From Nitrospirota bacterium (GTDB taxonomy: Bacteria; Nitrospirota; UBA9217), in contig CAVTRN010000001.1 in assembly GCA_963737155.1 (NCBI GenBank), positions 320,001-384,000 of the forward strand: a stretch of DNA of 64,000 nucleotides, read 5' to 3'. Of this stretch, positions 12,184 to 23,253 are shown one piece after another. Under the pieces are notes generated by a model. It saw only the letters and a program-made list of their open reading frames with translations, was not told where the DNA came from and ran no database searches. Positions within the stretch are counted from its first letter, which is position 1; every line of letters begins with the position of its first letter. The translations under genes were made by a program, and so were the position numbers.

Positions 12184-12867
12184 ATGGAAGATTTATCGAA
12201 ATCCGATACCTGGCGTGTGTTCCGCATCATGGCCGAACTCGTGGAAGGCTTTGAGGCCTTGCATGGAATCGGCCCGGCTGTAACGATCTTCGGAAGCGCC
12301 CGTATCCAGCCAGGATCGCCTTTCTATAGTAAATGCTTGAAGACTGCCGAGAACTTGGCAAAAGAGGGTTTTGCTGTGATCTCCGGAGGCGGGCCGGGCA
12401 TCATGGAGGCGGCAAGCAAAGGCGCGCAGCACGCAAACGGTATCTCCGTCGGACTGAACATCGAGCTTCCCTCGGAACAGATGCCGAATCAGTTTCAGGA
12501 TGTACGGCTCGAATTCCGCTACTTTTTTGTCCGCAAACTGATGTTCGTAAAATATGCCGTTGGATATGTGATATTCCCTGGCGGCTTCGGCACCATGGAC
12601 GAACTCTTCGAGGCGCTTACCCTTATCCAGACCAAGAAGATCAGGGGCTTTCCGGTTGTTCTCGTGGGGAGGGATTACTGGGGTGGATTGATCGGCTGGC
12701 TTCGGCAGACAATGCTTGCGAACGGGAACATCAGCCCTGAAGATCTCGACCTGATGCATATTGTCGATGAACCCGAGGAAGTCTGCACCATTATCAGCAA
12801 GAAATACAAGGACCGGGTGAGCGTCATCCACAAGGACAGGAGAGATAATACCAGGAAAGGCGTTTAA
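12184..12867 (+). CDS. LOG family (TIGR00730) Rossmann-fold protein
   Basis: FGSAR, GGGPGIMEAA, FFVRK, PGGFGTMDE. Confidence 0.93.
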   Translation: MEDLSKSDTWRVFRIMAELVEGFEALHGIGPAVTIFGSARIQPGSPFYSKCLKTAENLAKEGFAVISGGGPGIMEAASKGAQHANGISVGLNIELPSEQMPNQFQDVRLEFRYFFVRKLMFVKYAVGYVIFPGGFGTMDELFEALTLIQTKKIRGFPVVLVGRDYWGGLIGWLRQTMLANGNISPEDLDLMHIVDEPEEVCTIISKKYKDRVSVIHKDRRDNTRKGV

Positions 12868-13180
12868 CTACGGCCCCTTTTCTCGACTTGGAACGCTCGT
12901 TTAATGCCTTCAGATGCTGCACCACGCGTATCCTGCAAAGCCACCGCTGTATGTTCTCGCAATATCTCGGCATAAAAAGGGTCACCTTCAACAACAATGA
13001 AGATCGCATAGGACCCGATCCCCGGATGACATGCATGAACGGATTTTTATCGGTAAAATATTTGACCTGCCCATGCCGGGAACAGAAGTGAGTTAATTTC
13101 CCCCTGAAAAAAACACAGAGGAGATGTTTCCCGCGACAGTTTTTTTTCAAGCTCGATCGTGGAGAGGAATCCCGCTAGAG

Positions 13181-13471
13181 CTATTTTTTAAACAAGTTAT
13201 CAAGTGCCTTGCGCGCTTCAGCCTTAGCATCCGCTGGGGTGCCATTGCCGAAAGCTTGTTCCGATATAGAAAAATAATCACAAAAGTTGGCCCGCCCTTT
13301 ATCCTTAACCAACTCCGCAATCGGTTCCCGGCACTGCTTGGATGCGTCTCGGCAATAGAAACCGCAGTTCAGGCAACAGTGCAAGTCGGCGTCGCATCGC
13401 GGGCACACATCCCGTCGACCGACAGTCTGACTCACAGTGAGTTCATTTTTGCAGGCATGACAGCTCTTCAT
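13181..13471 (-). CDS. Cys-rich small conserved hypothetical protein
   Basis: CHAC, CPRC, CLNC, ANFCDYF, C-terminal LDNLFKK. Confidence 0.8.
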   Translation of the reverse strand: MKSCHACKNELTVSQTVGRRDVCPRCDADLHCCLNCGFYCRDASKQCREPIAELVKDKGRANFCDYFSISEQAFGNGTPADAKAEARKALDNLFKK

Positions 13472-13530
13472 TGTGATTTATTTTATCCGATTATCCTATC
13501 GAAGACAAGCTGAAAACAATAACTGACATC

Positions 13531-13562
13531 CCTCATTGATGTTTTGATCAACATCAATGAGG
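13531..13562. repeat. 13-bp perfect inverted repeat in divergent intergenic region
   Basis: CCTCATTGATGTT-ttgatc-AACATCAATGAGG. Confidence 0.75.
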
Positions 13563-13785
13563 ATCGCCAACCTTTCCGGTCCCGGATCCAAGACCTTCCG
13601 TCGCTCGCCAGATCCCTGCAGGGAACGGAGACAATGGGCATTATAAGGGCGCAATTATGTCCAATATACACTTGATGATTTTTTTGCTATAATCATTTTA
13701 CTGTATCGGTCATCTTAATCGAGTGGTCGATTCCGGTGATAAACCAATATCCTAATGAGAAGAATATGCCAAGGGGGGTATGCAT

Positions 13786-14103
13786 ATGGCGATTAAAATT
13801 CTTGTCGAGAACCTGCCGCCAGATGTTACCGAAGACAGATTGATGGATGTTTTCTCCCAGGTCGGAGCCGTTGAATCGGTCAAGATACAAATGGACCTGC
13901 TGACGCATCGCCCCAAGGGATCGGGTTATATCGAGATGTCTCTGGATGTGGACGCCTACCGGGCGGTAAATTGTTTTAATGGAGCAACATTTAAAAACAG
14001 AAAAATTTACGTTCGCGTAGCAAAGCCTTTCTACGAACGGGCTGTGCAAGTGTTGTGGCAACGCCTGAGTGAGGTGACGCGACTCAGGGATGAGAGACGA
14101 TGA
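13786..14103 (+). CDS. RRM RNA-binding protein
   Basis: RNP2-like KILVENLP, RNP1-like PKGSGYIEM. Confidence 0.85.
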   Translation: MAIKILVENLPPDVTEDRLMDVFSQVGAVESVKIQMDLLTHRPKGSGYIEMSLDVDAYRAVNCFNGATFKNRKIYVRVAKPFYERAVQVLWQRLSEVTRLRDERR

Positions 14104-14361
14104 ACGGACCATGCAAGTTGACCTCTGGCATGTCGTTTCATGGGACAAGAAAAAATCATGCGGCAATCACGCGGGAAACGATGTTCGTTGCCATAATTAC
14201 CGTTGACCGCGTTTTCCCGGGGTTGTAAGTTCTGCGCAAAAAGTGACATCCGATTCAGGCAAGCCTTTTCCCGTTTTTGTCTCATCACCGTACCTAATAC
14301 CGTAGCAAACAAAGGCATCTGTCTAATCTTTTCACAATAACGTTACGTTTTTGGCAGCCAG

Positions 14362-14412
14362 CGCATTTTATCCTTGCCCTGAAGAGGCTGGCTTTACGGT
14401 GCAGAAGGATAA
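14362..14412. mobile_element. Degenerate IS200/IS605-type right end
   Basis: TTATCCTTGCCCTGAAGAGGCTGGCTTTACGGTGC..GATAA resembles the end at 7000-7044. Confidence 0.4.
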
Positions 14413-14618
14413 AAAGGCTGGAATAAGTGGATCAACTTTGGTAATATGCGATAATTTAAACGATACGCTTACATTTGATTGTTCTCCAACCGGATTGGAA
14501 CGATAGAAGAGAGACAGCTTTTCCCGAGCGCCATACAGTCGCGAGTCTGGCTGATATCAAGTTCGTAAGATAACGTTCATCGTATAACCAAATCGAAAGG
14601 TTCGAGCAAAACTGGCAA

Positions 14619-16055
14619 ATGGAATCAACCTCACCGAAAAAAATCATCCCTAAAAAGACCCCCATCCCTGTTCAGAATCCCTCGATACGACGGACAAACT
14701 TCGAAGAAGTCGCTCTTGGCTATTCGATTGAGCAGGCACTTCTCGAAGCGTCGCGGTGCCTTCAGTGCGCAAAGCCGCGCTGCGTTACAGGTTGCCCTGT
14801 CGGTGTTCCAATTCCCGGCTTCATCAAGGCGATCCATGAAAATGACTTTGCCCGCGCAATCGAAATCATCAAGGCAGCTAATTTACTCCCTGCAGTTTGC
14901 GGACGGGTTTGCCCCCAAGAAAGCCAGTGCGAAAAACACTGTACTCTTTCCGAGAAATTTGAAGCTGTTGCGATTGGCAGGCTGGAGCGATTCGCGGCAG
15001 ACTGGGAGCGGCTGCGGGGGAGTGACAAAATGCCGGACTACGCGCCCGCAACCGGTAAAAAGGTGGCAATTATAGGGAGTGGCCCATCTGGCCTCACCTG
15101 CGCCTATGACCTCGCAAAACTCGGGCATCATGTCACGATCTACGAGGCGCTTCACGAGGCGGGCGGCGTGCTTGTTTACGGAATTCCCGAGTTCCGTCTG
15201 CCGAAAGCTATTGTTAAGCGGGAAGTCGAACTCCTCAAGCGGATGGGCGTGACCATTATCACCAATGCCGTGATCGGGAAAATCATGACCATCGACGAGA
15301 TCATGCTTGAATTCGACGCGTGCTTTCTCGGTACCGGGGCGGGGCTGCCCCGGTTTATGCACATTCCCGGCGAAAACCTGAACGGCGTTTACTCGGCCAA
15401 CGAATTCCTGACGAGAATCAACCTGATGCGCGCCTACCGTTTCCCGGAGTACGATTCTCCGGTCAGAAAAGGCGACCACATCGTCGTGGTGGGCGGCGGC
15501 AATGTCGCCATGGATTCGGCGCGGACAGCCCTCAGGCTCGGTGCGAAGGACGTGACAATGGTGTACCGCAGATCCCTGTCGGAATTACCTGCGAGAAAAG
15601 AAGAGGTTCATCATGCGGAGGAGGAAGGGATCGTCTTCGAGCTCTGCACAAATCCCGTGAGAATTCTCGGGGACGTGGACGGGCATGTAAGCGCGATCGA
15701 ATGCATACATATGGACCTGTGCGAACTCGACGAATCAGGTAGAAAAAAACCGAAGCCTGTGCCCGGATCGGAGTTCACCATTCCCGCTGATACCATTATC
15801 ATTGCTGTCGGCACCGGTGCCAATCCCCTGATCGCTCAAAGCGCTGGGGATATTGAAATGACCAAGCAGAAGTATATTGTTGCCGATGATGATACCGGGA
15901 AGACAAGCCGTGTGGGCGTCTACGCCGGTGGAGACGTCGTTACCGGTGCGGCTACAGTCATATCGGCCATGGGAGCGGGCAGGAAGGCCTCGAAGGCGAT
16001 TCATGAATATATGACTAATGAACCAGCGAGAAAAAGAGAAACTGCGGTTCGATAA
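14619..16055 (+). CDS. gltA: NADPH-dependent GltD/NfnB/SudA-like FeS flavoprotein
   Basis: RCLQC..PRCVTGCPV, CGRVCPQESQCE, GSGPSG, GGGNVA, YRR motif. Confidence 0.9.
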   Translation: MESTSPKKIIPKKTPIPVQNPSIRRTNFEEVALGYSIEQALLEASRCLQCAKPRCVTGCPVGVPIPGFIKAIHENDFARAIEIIKAANLLPAVCGRVCPQESQCEKHCTLSEKFEAVAIGRLERFAADWERLRGSDKMPDYAPATGKKVAIIGSGPSGLTCAYDLAKLGHHVTIYEALHEAGGVLVYGIPEFRLPKAIVKREVELLKRMGVTIITNAVIGKIMTIDEIMLEFDACFLGTGAGLPRFMHIPGENLNGVYSANEFLTRINLMRAYRFPEYDSPVRKGDHIVVVGGGNVAMDSARTALRLGAKDVTMVYRRSLSELPARKEEVHHAEEEGIVFELCTNPVRILGDVDGHVSAIECIHMDLCELDESGRKKPKPVPGSEFTIPADTIIIAVGTGANPLIAQSAGDIEMTKQKYIVADDDTGKTSRVGVYAGGDVVTGAATVISAMGAGRKASKAIHEYMTNEPARKRETAVR

Positions 16056-16171
16056 TTTGTTGAAATAATGCCGCGTTGACCTGTGGAATCTTAAAAAAGG
16101 CAGATTTTCAGCTCGTTCCTCGACACACTTTTCGCCTTTTGATCACTCGTGATCGCTCAATTTCACGAAAA

Positions 16172-16209
16172 AAATCCCTTTACTCAAATTATATCGAGTA
16201 AAGGGATTT
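16172..16209. terminator. Bidirectional terminator between convergent gltA and fhs
   Basis: AAATCCCTTTACTC/GAGTAAAGGGATTT with A/T tracts. Confidence 0.75.
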
Positions 16210-16321
16210 AATTTTTTATTGGGAAACCATAAGGAAAAAATTTCGACACCTAAAGCTTATGCCTGGCCGAACATCAGCCTGGGTTTTGAACTCGATCGAA
16301 ATTTCAGATGCTTGACGCTCT

Positions 16322-18085
16322 TTAGAACACGCCTTTGACCTTCCCTGTCTCCACATCCACATCCACCCGCCGATACGCGGGATCTGACGAGGTACCGGGC
16401 ATGAGCGTAATAGTACCGGCAACGGGGACGACAAACCCTGCTCCTTTATAGGTAAGGATGTCTCTGATCCGGAGTCTCCATCCTTTGGGAACACCCTTGA
16501 GATTCGGGTTGTCGGTCAGTGACAGATGCGTCTTAACCATGCAAGTACCGAGCTTTGCAGTCTCCGGATCGGCCTCCATCTTCCTGGCCTTGGCCTCGGC
16601 CTCAGGCGTGTAATCCACACCGTCCGCACCGTACACTTCCTTGGCGATAAGTTCGATACGCTTGCGAAGCGGGGTATCGAGCTCATAGAGGAGCTTGAAG
16701 TCGTTCTTTTCGTTGCAGGCATCAATGACTGCGTCCGCGAAATCAAGCGCGCCATCTCCGCCCTTCTCCCAGTGACGGGACAAGGCTACGCGCGCGCCCG
16801 CCGCCTCGGCAAGCCCACGCACAGCCTTGATTTCGTTGTCCGTATCGGTGTAGAAGGCATTGATGCAGACAACGGGATTGATACCAGCCTTCTTCACGGT
16901 CTTTATATGATGGATCAGGTTCTCGCAGCCCTTCTCGACCCATCCCACATTCTCACCTTTATACTCGGCAGGCAGCGGCTTGCCCGGCACCGGAATCGGA
17001 GCGCCGCCGTGGCACTTGAGTGCACGGATCGTTGCGACGATAACCGCAGCGTGGGGTTTGAGGCCCGACATGCGGCACTTGAGGTTCCAGAATTTCTCGA
17101 AGCCTATGTCCGCGGCAAAACCCGACTCGGTCACAACGTAGTCGCCGAGTTTGAGAGCGACACGGTCGGCGATGATTGACGACTGGCCGATGGCGATGTT
17201 TGCAAAAGGGCCCGCATGCACGAACACGGGCTGTCCTTCGATGGTCTGGAGCAGGTTAGGGTTCAGCGCTTCGACCATCCAGGCAGTCATGGCGCCGTCC
17301 ACCCCCAAGTCGGCCGTCGTAATCGGCGTACCGTCCTTGCTATTTGCAACAACGATTCTTCCCATGCGTTCGCGCATGTCCTTCAAGTCCTTCGCGACGG
17401 CCAGGATAGCCATCACTTCCGACGACACGGCAATGGCGAAGCCTGACTTCATCATGAAACCGTTCGACTTTCCACCCATGCCGATGACAATTTCGCGGAG
17501 GGACTGAGCGCAAAAGTCCATGATCCACTTCATCTCAACATTGTGAGGGTCGATATTTAGGCGTTTCAATTTTCTCTTTGCAAGCTGCTCATCGCTGTAA
17601 TTGAACTCATGCTGCATGCGGGAAGTCAAGGCCACCATCGCAAGGTTGTGAGCGTTCATAATGGCGTTGATGTCGCCTGTGAGTCCGAGCGAAAACGGGG
17701 TAAGCGGGATGACCTGAGAAAGACCACCGCCAGCCGCGGATCCCTTGATGTTCATCGTTGGACCACCCGAAGGTTGCCGGATCGCGGCAATCACGTTCTT
17801 GCCTCGCTTGCCCAAGCCTTGGGTGAGGCCAATGGTCGAGGTGGATTTGCCTTCGCCGAGGGGCGTAGGTGTGATAGCGGTTACGTCGACGTACTTCCCG
17901 TCCGGCTTTCCTTCAAACCGCTTGAGCACCTTTTTAAAGTCAACCTTTGCGATATAGTGCCCATGGAGCAGAAGCTCATCGTCATTGAGCCCCATCATCT
18001 TCGCGATCTCGACGATCGGCTTCATTCTTGTTTCCGAATCTTCCGCAATTTCCCAGTCAGCATGCTTCGTTGGATCAAGTACCAT
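16322..18085 (-). CDS. fhs: Formate--tetrahydrofolate ligase
   Basis: [28 protein letters not shown]. Confidence 0.97.
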   Translation of the reverse strand: MVLDPTKHADWEIAEDSETRMKPIVEIAKMMGLNDDELLLHGHYIAKVDFKKVLKRFEGKPDGKYVDVTAITPTPLGEGKSTSTIGLTQGLGKRGKNVIAAIRQPSGGPTMNIKGSAAGGGLSQVIPLTPFSLGLTGDINAIMNAHNLAMVALTSRMQHEFNYSDEQLAKRKLKRLNIDPHNVEMKWIMDFCAQSLREIVIGMGGKSNGFMMKSGFAIAVSSEVMAILAVAKDLKDMRERMGRIVVANSKDGTPITTADLGVDGAMTAWMVEALNPNLLQTIEGQPVFVHAGPFANIAIGQSSIIADRVALKLGDYVVTESGFAADIGFEKFWNLKCRMSGLKPHAAVIVATIRALKCHGGAPIPVPGKPLPAEYKGENVGWVEKGCENLIHHIKTVKKAGINPVVCINAFYTDTDNEIKAVRGLAEAAGARVALSRHWEKGGDGALDFADAVIDACNEKNDFKLLYELDTPLRKRIELIAKEVYGADGVDYTPEAEAKARKMEADPETAKLGTCMVKTHLSLTDNPNLKGVPKGWRLRIRDILTYKGAGFVVPVAGTITLMPGTSSDPAYRRVDVDVETGKVKGVF

Positions 18086-18165
18086 TCCCGGCCTCCCTTA
18101 TCAATAGATGTAGTTCAAACAGTTTAAACGGTTCAAGCGATTCAAAGAGAATTGGACTGCGTTGT

Positions 18166-18624
18166 TCAATAGCTGATCAGGAGCTTCATGAGCTTCTCGT
18201 TCATCGAATGCACATTCCTGCTCGCAATGCGGGCGAGGGTCTTCATAATTTTGTACATCATGCTCGCGTCGCTTATTTCGAACGCCTTGAAGACCTCAAT
18301 TTTGATCCGGTAAATCTCGGAGGCCTCAATGGCCGTAGCGTCGGCGCCGTGGTTCTGTTTGTCTTCGATGACGGCAAGCTCGCCGAAAATTTGGTTTTCC
18401 TGGAGAACGGCGAGGGTCTGCTTCCATCCGTCAGCCGTGTTCTTTGAAATCTCGACCCTTCCGCTCTTTACCAGGTAAATCCCTTTCGTCGTGTCGCCTT
18501 CCTTGAAAATCGGCTGCCCTTTGGCGTACTTCTCAAGCACGATCTTCTGCGCAATTACGCCGAGTTCGGAATCGGTCAGATCGCTGAAGAGAATCTGTTT
18601 CTTGAGTCCCGATGTGTCTGCCAT
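18166..18624 (-). CDS. Stand-alone cyclic nucleotide-binding domain protein
   Basis: GAGGAGG RBS; IFKEGD...IYLVKSGRVEI...FGELA; 152 aa, no HTH. Confidence 0.88.
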   Translation of the reverse strand: MADTSGLKKQILFSDLTDSELGVIAQKIVLEKYAKGQPIFKEGDTTKGIYLVKSGRVEISKNTADGWKQTLAVLQENQIFGELAVIEDKQNHGADATAIEASEIYRIKIEVFKAFEISDASMMYKIMKTLARIASRNVHSMNEKLMKLLISY

Positions 18625-18730
18625 GGTGTCCTCCTCGCCAGAAAAACTTTTTTGCCGCAGAGTGAGAATCCTGAGAGATTTTTTTGAAGATTCGTCTCCC
18701 TGTTCTCCGCGGTGATTCGTTCGTTGGAAA

Positions 18731-21403
18731 TCAAGCCCTCTCGATCCGCACCGCCGAGACTTTGAACGATGGAATCTTCGCGATGGGGTCAAGAGAGTTG
18801 CTGCTCGTGAGCACATTTGCCGCAGCTTCCTTGAAATGGAAGGGCACAAACACAACGCCTTTCGCCGGCCGCTTGGTTACCAACGCTTTCACAATAATCG
18901 AGCCCCTGCGCGAGCTCACCTTCACTCTCGAACCAGCCTCAACGGCAAGAGCCCGCGCGTCCTCGGGATTGATCTCGACATACGACTCCGGCGAAACCGT
19001 ATTGATCGCCTTTACTCTTCTCGTCATGCCTCCGGTGTGGTATTGGAACAGCTGACGTCCCGTGGTCAGAATGAACGGATAATCCTGATCTGTCTCCTCA
19101 ACCGAAGGTTTGTATTTCACGAGCGTGAACCTGCCCTTGCCGCGCGGGAACCCGCCCTTGAACAGATATGGAGTGCCCGGATGTTCCGGCGTGGGGCAGG
19201 GCCACTGGAGCCCGCCGTCCTCGAGCCGGGCATAGCTCATGCCCGCCAGAGCGGGCCACGCTTGGCCGATCTCGCGGAATATCTCGACGGTATGGGAATA
19301 GAACATCTCGTAACCCATCCGCTTCGAAAGTTCCATGATGATGAGAGAATCCTTCATTGCGAGACCGGGGGAATTTACCGCCCTTCTTACCCGCTGCACG
19401 CGCCGCTCGGTATTCGTAAATGTGCCGACTTTTTCCGCGAACGACGAGCTGGGCAATACGACATGGGCAAGTTCCGCCGTTTCGGTCATGAAGATGTCCT
19501 GTACCACGAGAAACTCGAGTGATTTAAGCGCCTTGATCGTGTGCGCCATGTTGGGGTCCGAGACAACCGGATTTTCACCCATGATATACAGCGCCTTAAA
19601 GGTTCCCTTCTCCGCCGCCGCCAGCATTTCAGGGGAGGTGATTCCTTCCTTTTCGGAAAGTTTCGTTTTCCACAGATCCTCGAACTTCTGCTTGATCGCC
19701 GGGATGCTCACCCGCTGATAGCCCGGATACATGTTCGGAGTACAGCCCATGTCCGTGGAGCCCTGAACGTTGTTCTGGCCGCGGAGCGGGTTGACACCCG
19801 CGCTTTCCTTGCCGAGGTTGCCGGTCATGAGTGCCAAGTTGGCGATGGAAAACACGTTTTCGGTGCCGTGCGAGTGCTGAGTGATGCCCATCGTGTAGTA
19901 GGTGCCCGCGCGTTCAGAGCTTCCATAAAGACGGGCCGCTTTCACAATCAAGTCGGCGGGCACTCCGGTGATTTTCGAGACGACTTCCGGCGGATATTTT
20001 TCGATGTTCTTCTTGAATTCATCATCGAACCCTTCAGCCATTGTCGAGATGAAATCCTTCTTGATGAGGTTTTCCTTCAGGATGACGTGCATCATCCCGT
20101 TCAGGAGCGCCACGTCCGTGCCGGGCTTGTGCTGCATCCAGATATCGGCGAACCTGACCATCGGAACCCGCCTCGGGTCTGCGATGATGATTTTCGCGCC
20201 TTTGCGCTTCGCTTTTATCATCCGAAGCGCAACAATAGGGTGGTTCTCCTTGGTGTTCGATCCGATGATGAAGAGTACGTGATTGTTCTCAATCTCCTGC
20301 ATGGAGTTTGTCATTGCACCGGAACCGAATACGGTGGCCAGACCGGCCACAGTCGCACTATGTCAGTACCGTGCGCAGTGGTCGATATTGTTCGTGCCGA
20401 TTCCCGCGCGGATGAATTTCTGGAAAAGATAATTTTCCTCGTTCGTGCAGCGCGCCGAGGAGAGGCCGCCGATGGCATCCGGGCCGTGCTTCTGCTTAAT
20501 TGCCCCGAGCTTTTCGGCGATGAGCGAAAATGCTTCTTCCCAGGAAGCTTCAACGAACTTGCCCTCCCGCTTGATGAGCGGTGTCTTGAGACGGTCGGGA
20601 CTGTTGATAAAGCTGAATCCGAAACGCCCTTTGACGCAGAGCCATCCCTCGTTGATGGTGTCCGGCCTGGACGTGACACGGACTACTTCGTTCCTGCTCA
20701 CGTGCAAGGTAAGGTTGCATCCGCACCCGCAATAGCCGCAGATGGTGTCTACCTCCTTCACGTCCTTCTGCCTGCCCCTACCCAGGGACTGCTTGCCCAT
20801 CAGCGCTCCCGTCGGGCAGACGCTGATGCACTGTCCGCAGAACTCGCAATCGAGGTCCCTTTCAAAGGGTGTGGAGACCTTGGCAACAAACCCGCGGCTT
20901 GAGATATCAATGGCGCTCACGCCTTGGATCTCTTCGCAGACGCGCACGCACTTGCCGCAGAGGATGCATTTTTCCATGTCACGCTCGACGAAGGGGTTCA
21001 TGTCCTTCTTCGCGTATTGGCGCCGCTCGCCGTAAAACCGGTTTTTCCGGAGTTCATAGAAGTAGGCCAATTCCTGGAGCGTGCAATCGCCGGCCCGCTC
21101 GCAGACCATGCAATCGTTCGGATGGTCGGAAAGGAGGAGTTCCACGATGGTGCGGCGCTGCCGCTCTATCAGGTCGTTCGAAGTCTCGACTTCCATTCCA
21201 TCCATCACCGGCGTCGTGCAGGCCGTAACCGGCCTGGGCATGCCCTTGATCTGGACGAGGCAGAGCCTGCATCCCCCGTAGGGTTCGAGCCTCGGATCGT
21301 CGCAAAGCGTCGGGATGTAGATGTCGTTCTTTCGCGCGGCATCGAGGACTGTCGTGCCGTCGAGGACAGAGATTTTATTCCCGTTAATGGAAATATTCGC
21401 CAT
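18731..21403 (-). CDS. fdhA: Formate dehydrogenase alpha subunit, selenocysteine-containing, NuoG-like N-terminus (890 aa)
   Basis: Two in-frame ORFs joined across TGA 20363-20365: DHCARY-U-HSATVAGL; RGQNNVQG; downstream SECIS hairpin. Confidence 0.95.
20334..20350 (-). promoter_or_regulatory. Bacterial SECIS element
   Basis: mRNA GUGGCC-GGUCU-GGCCAC 12 nt after UGA, similar to E. coli fdhF SECIS. Confidence 0.85.
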
Positions 21404-21406
21404 GGC

Positions 21407-23185
21407 TTACCCTTTTTTAATCGCTTTGAATTTGCATGTTTCAAAACAGGCGCCACACTTGATGCAAATGTCCTGAATGATCTTATGCGGCTTCTTCTTT
21501 TCACCAACGATAGCGCCGGCGGGGCAGACACGAGTACAGGCGGTGCAGCCCTTGCAGAACTCTTCAACAATGCTGTAGGAAAGAAGGTCCTTGCATACGC
21601 CCGCCGGACAGCGCTTTTCATAGATATGTGCCTCGTATTCGTCTCGATAATACCTGATCGTGGAGAGCACCGGATTGGGCGCGGACTGCCCCAAACCGCA
21701 GAGCGATGACGTCTTGACGTCGCTGCTCAACGTCTCCAGGAGCTCGATATCGCTTTCCCTGCCGTGGCCTTCGGTGATCCTCGTCAGGATCTCAAGGAGC
21801 CGTTTGGTGCCGACCCGGCAAGGCACGCATTTTCCGCACGATTCCGATTGGGTGAACTGAAGGAAGTACTTGGCAACATTCACCATGCAGTCTGTTTCGT
21901 CCAGGACGACCATGCCGCCCGAGCCCATAATGGAGCCGACCTTGCCGAGCGATTCATAATCAAGTGTCGTGTCGATGATACTTGCGGGAATGCACCCGCC
22001 GGACGGACCGCCGGTCTGAACAGCCTTGAGCTTCCGACCGCCTTCGATGCCACCGCCGATATCGTAGATGACCTCTCTGAGGGGAATGCCCATGGGCACT
22101 TCGATCAGGCCCGAGTTCTGGATCTTGCCGGTCAGGGCGAAAACCTTGGTACCCTTGCTCTTCTCCGTGCCCATAGCGGCATACCAATCAGCACCTTTGC
22201 GGATAATGTAGGGGATGTTCGCGAGCGTCTCAACATTGTTGATGATCGTGGGTTTTCCCCAGAGCCCCTTCTGAACCGGAAACGGCGGCTTCGCCCGGGG
22301 CTGCCCGCGCTTGCCTTCGATCGAGGCGATAAGCGCCGTCTCTTCTCCGCAGACAAAGGCACCAGCCCCGAGCTTCACCTTGATGGTGAAATCAAACCCT
22401 TTGCCAAGGACGTTCTTGCCGAGGAATCCGTGCTCTTTCGCCTGCTTGATGGCGAGGTGCAGACGCTCGACGGCGAGCGGGTATTCCGCCCTGATATATA
22501 CATAGCCGTAGGGAGCGCCGATGGCATAGGCGCCGATGATCATCCCCTCGATCACCGCATGGGGATTCCCTTCGACAACCGAACGGTCCATGAACGCTCC
22601 GGGGTCACCCTCGTCGGCATTGCAAATGAGATACTTGGTCGGCCCGGGCGCTTTGATCGCCATATCCCATTTCACCCCGGTGGGAAATCCCGCACCGCCG
22701 CGGCCCCGGAGTCCTGAAGCCTTGATAGTCTCAATGACTTCTTGCGGGGCCATTGATTGAAGAACCTTCTTCGTCGCTTCGTAGCCGCCGCGGCCGATAT
22801 AGGAATCGATTTCCTCGGGATTGACCTCACCGCAGTCCGAAAGCACCACTTTAACCTGCTTGTTGTGAAATGTGTGGTAGTCATCCTTCACGAGCCAGTC
22901 ACCGACGGGCGTGCTGCTCATGATATGCTCGCTCACAATCCGCTCAACCATGTCCGGCTTGATGTACTGGTAGGTCGTCTTCTCGCCGTTAATAATTACA
23001 TCCACGAGCACGTCGCGGGCGCAAAACCCCCGGCAGCCGACTTTATGAACCGAGCAGTTTTTCTCTACCAAAGCATGGATACCCTCGGCCGCAAGGGCCT
23101 TTTCAAAGGCGGAGAGAACCTCCACGCCGCCGGCGGCGATGCCGCCCGTACCCATGCATACTTTTATAGAGATGTCTTTATTCAT
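21407..23185 (-). CDS. NuoF/HydB-like NADH-binding FMN subunit
   Basis: GRGGAGFP, NADEGDPGAFMD, GGPSGG, SCGKCVPCRVG, C-terminal 2x[4Fe-4S]. Confidence 0.93.
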   Translation of the reverse strand: MNKDISIKVCMGTGGIAAGGVEVLSAFEKALAAEGIHALVEKNCSVHKVGCRGFCARDVLVDVIINGEKTTYQYIKPDMVERIVSEHIMSSTPVGDWLVKDDYHTFHNKQVKVVLSDCGEVNPEEIDSYIGRGGYEATKKVLQSMAPQEVIETIKASGLRGRGGAGFPTGVKWDMAIKAPGPTKYLICNADEGDPGAFMDRSVVEGNPHAVIEGMIIGAYAIGAPYGYVYIRAEYPLAVERLHLAIKQAKEHGFLGKNVLGKGFDFTIKVKLGAGAFVCGEETALIASIEGKRGQPRAKPPFPVQKGLWGKPTIINNVETLANIPYIIRKGADWYAAMGTEKSKGTKVFALTGKIQNSGLIEVPMGIPLREVIYDIGGGIEGGRKLKAVQTGGPSGGCIPASIIDTTLDYESLGKVGSIMGSGGMVVLDETDCMVNVAKYFLQFTQSESCGKCVPCRVGTKRLLEILTRITEGHGRESDIELLETLSSDVKTSSLCGLGQSAPNPVLSTIRYYRDEYEAHIYEKRCPAGVCKDLLSYSIVEEFCKGCTACTRVCPAGAIVGEKKKPHKIIQDICIKCGACFETCKFKAIKKG

Positions 23186-23253
23186 GCTTACCCCGGATAG
23201 AAACTTGTTAACCGATTAATCGGTTAGAACTGTTTAAACAGTTTAATCGTTAC

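Noticed and set aside
20363-20365. Apparent nonsense mutation splitting fdh
   Set aside because: In-frame UGA at the catalytic ligand position with SECIS; selenocysteine, not a pseudogene
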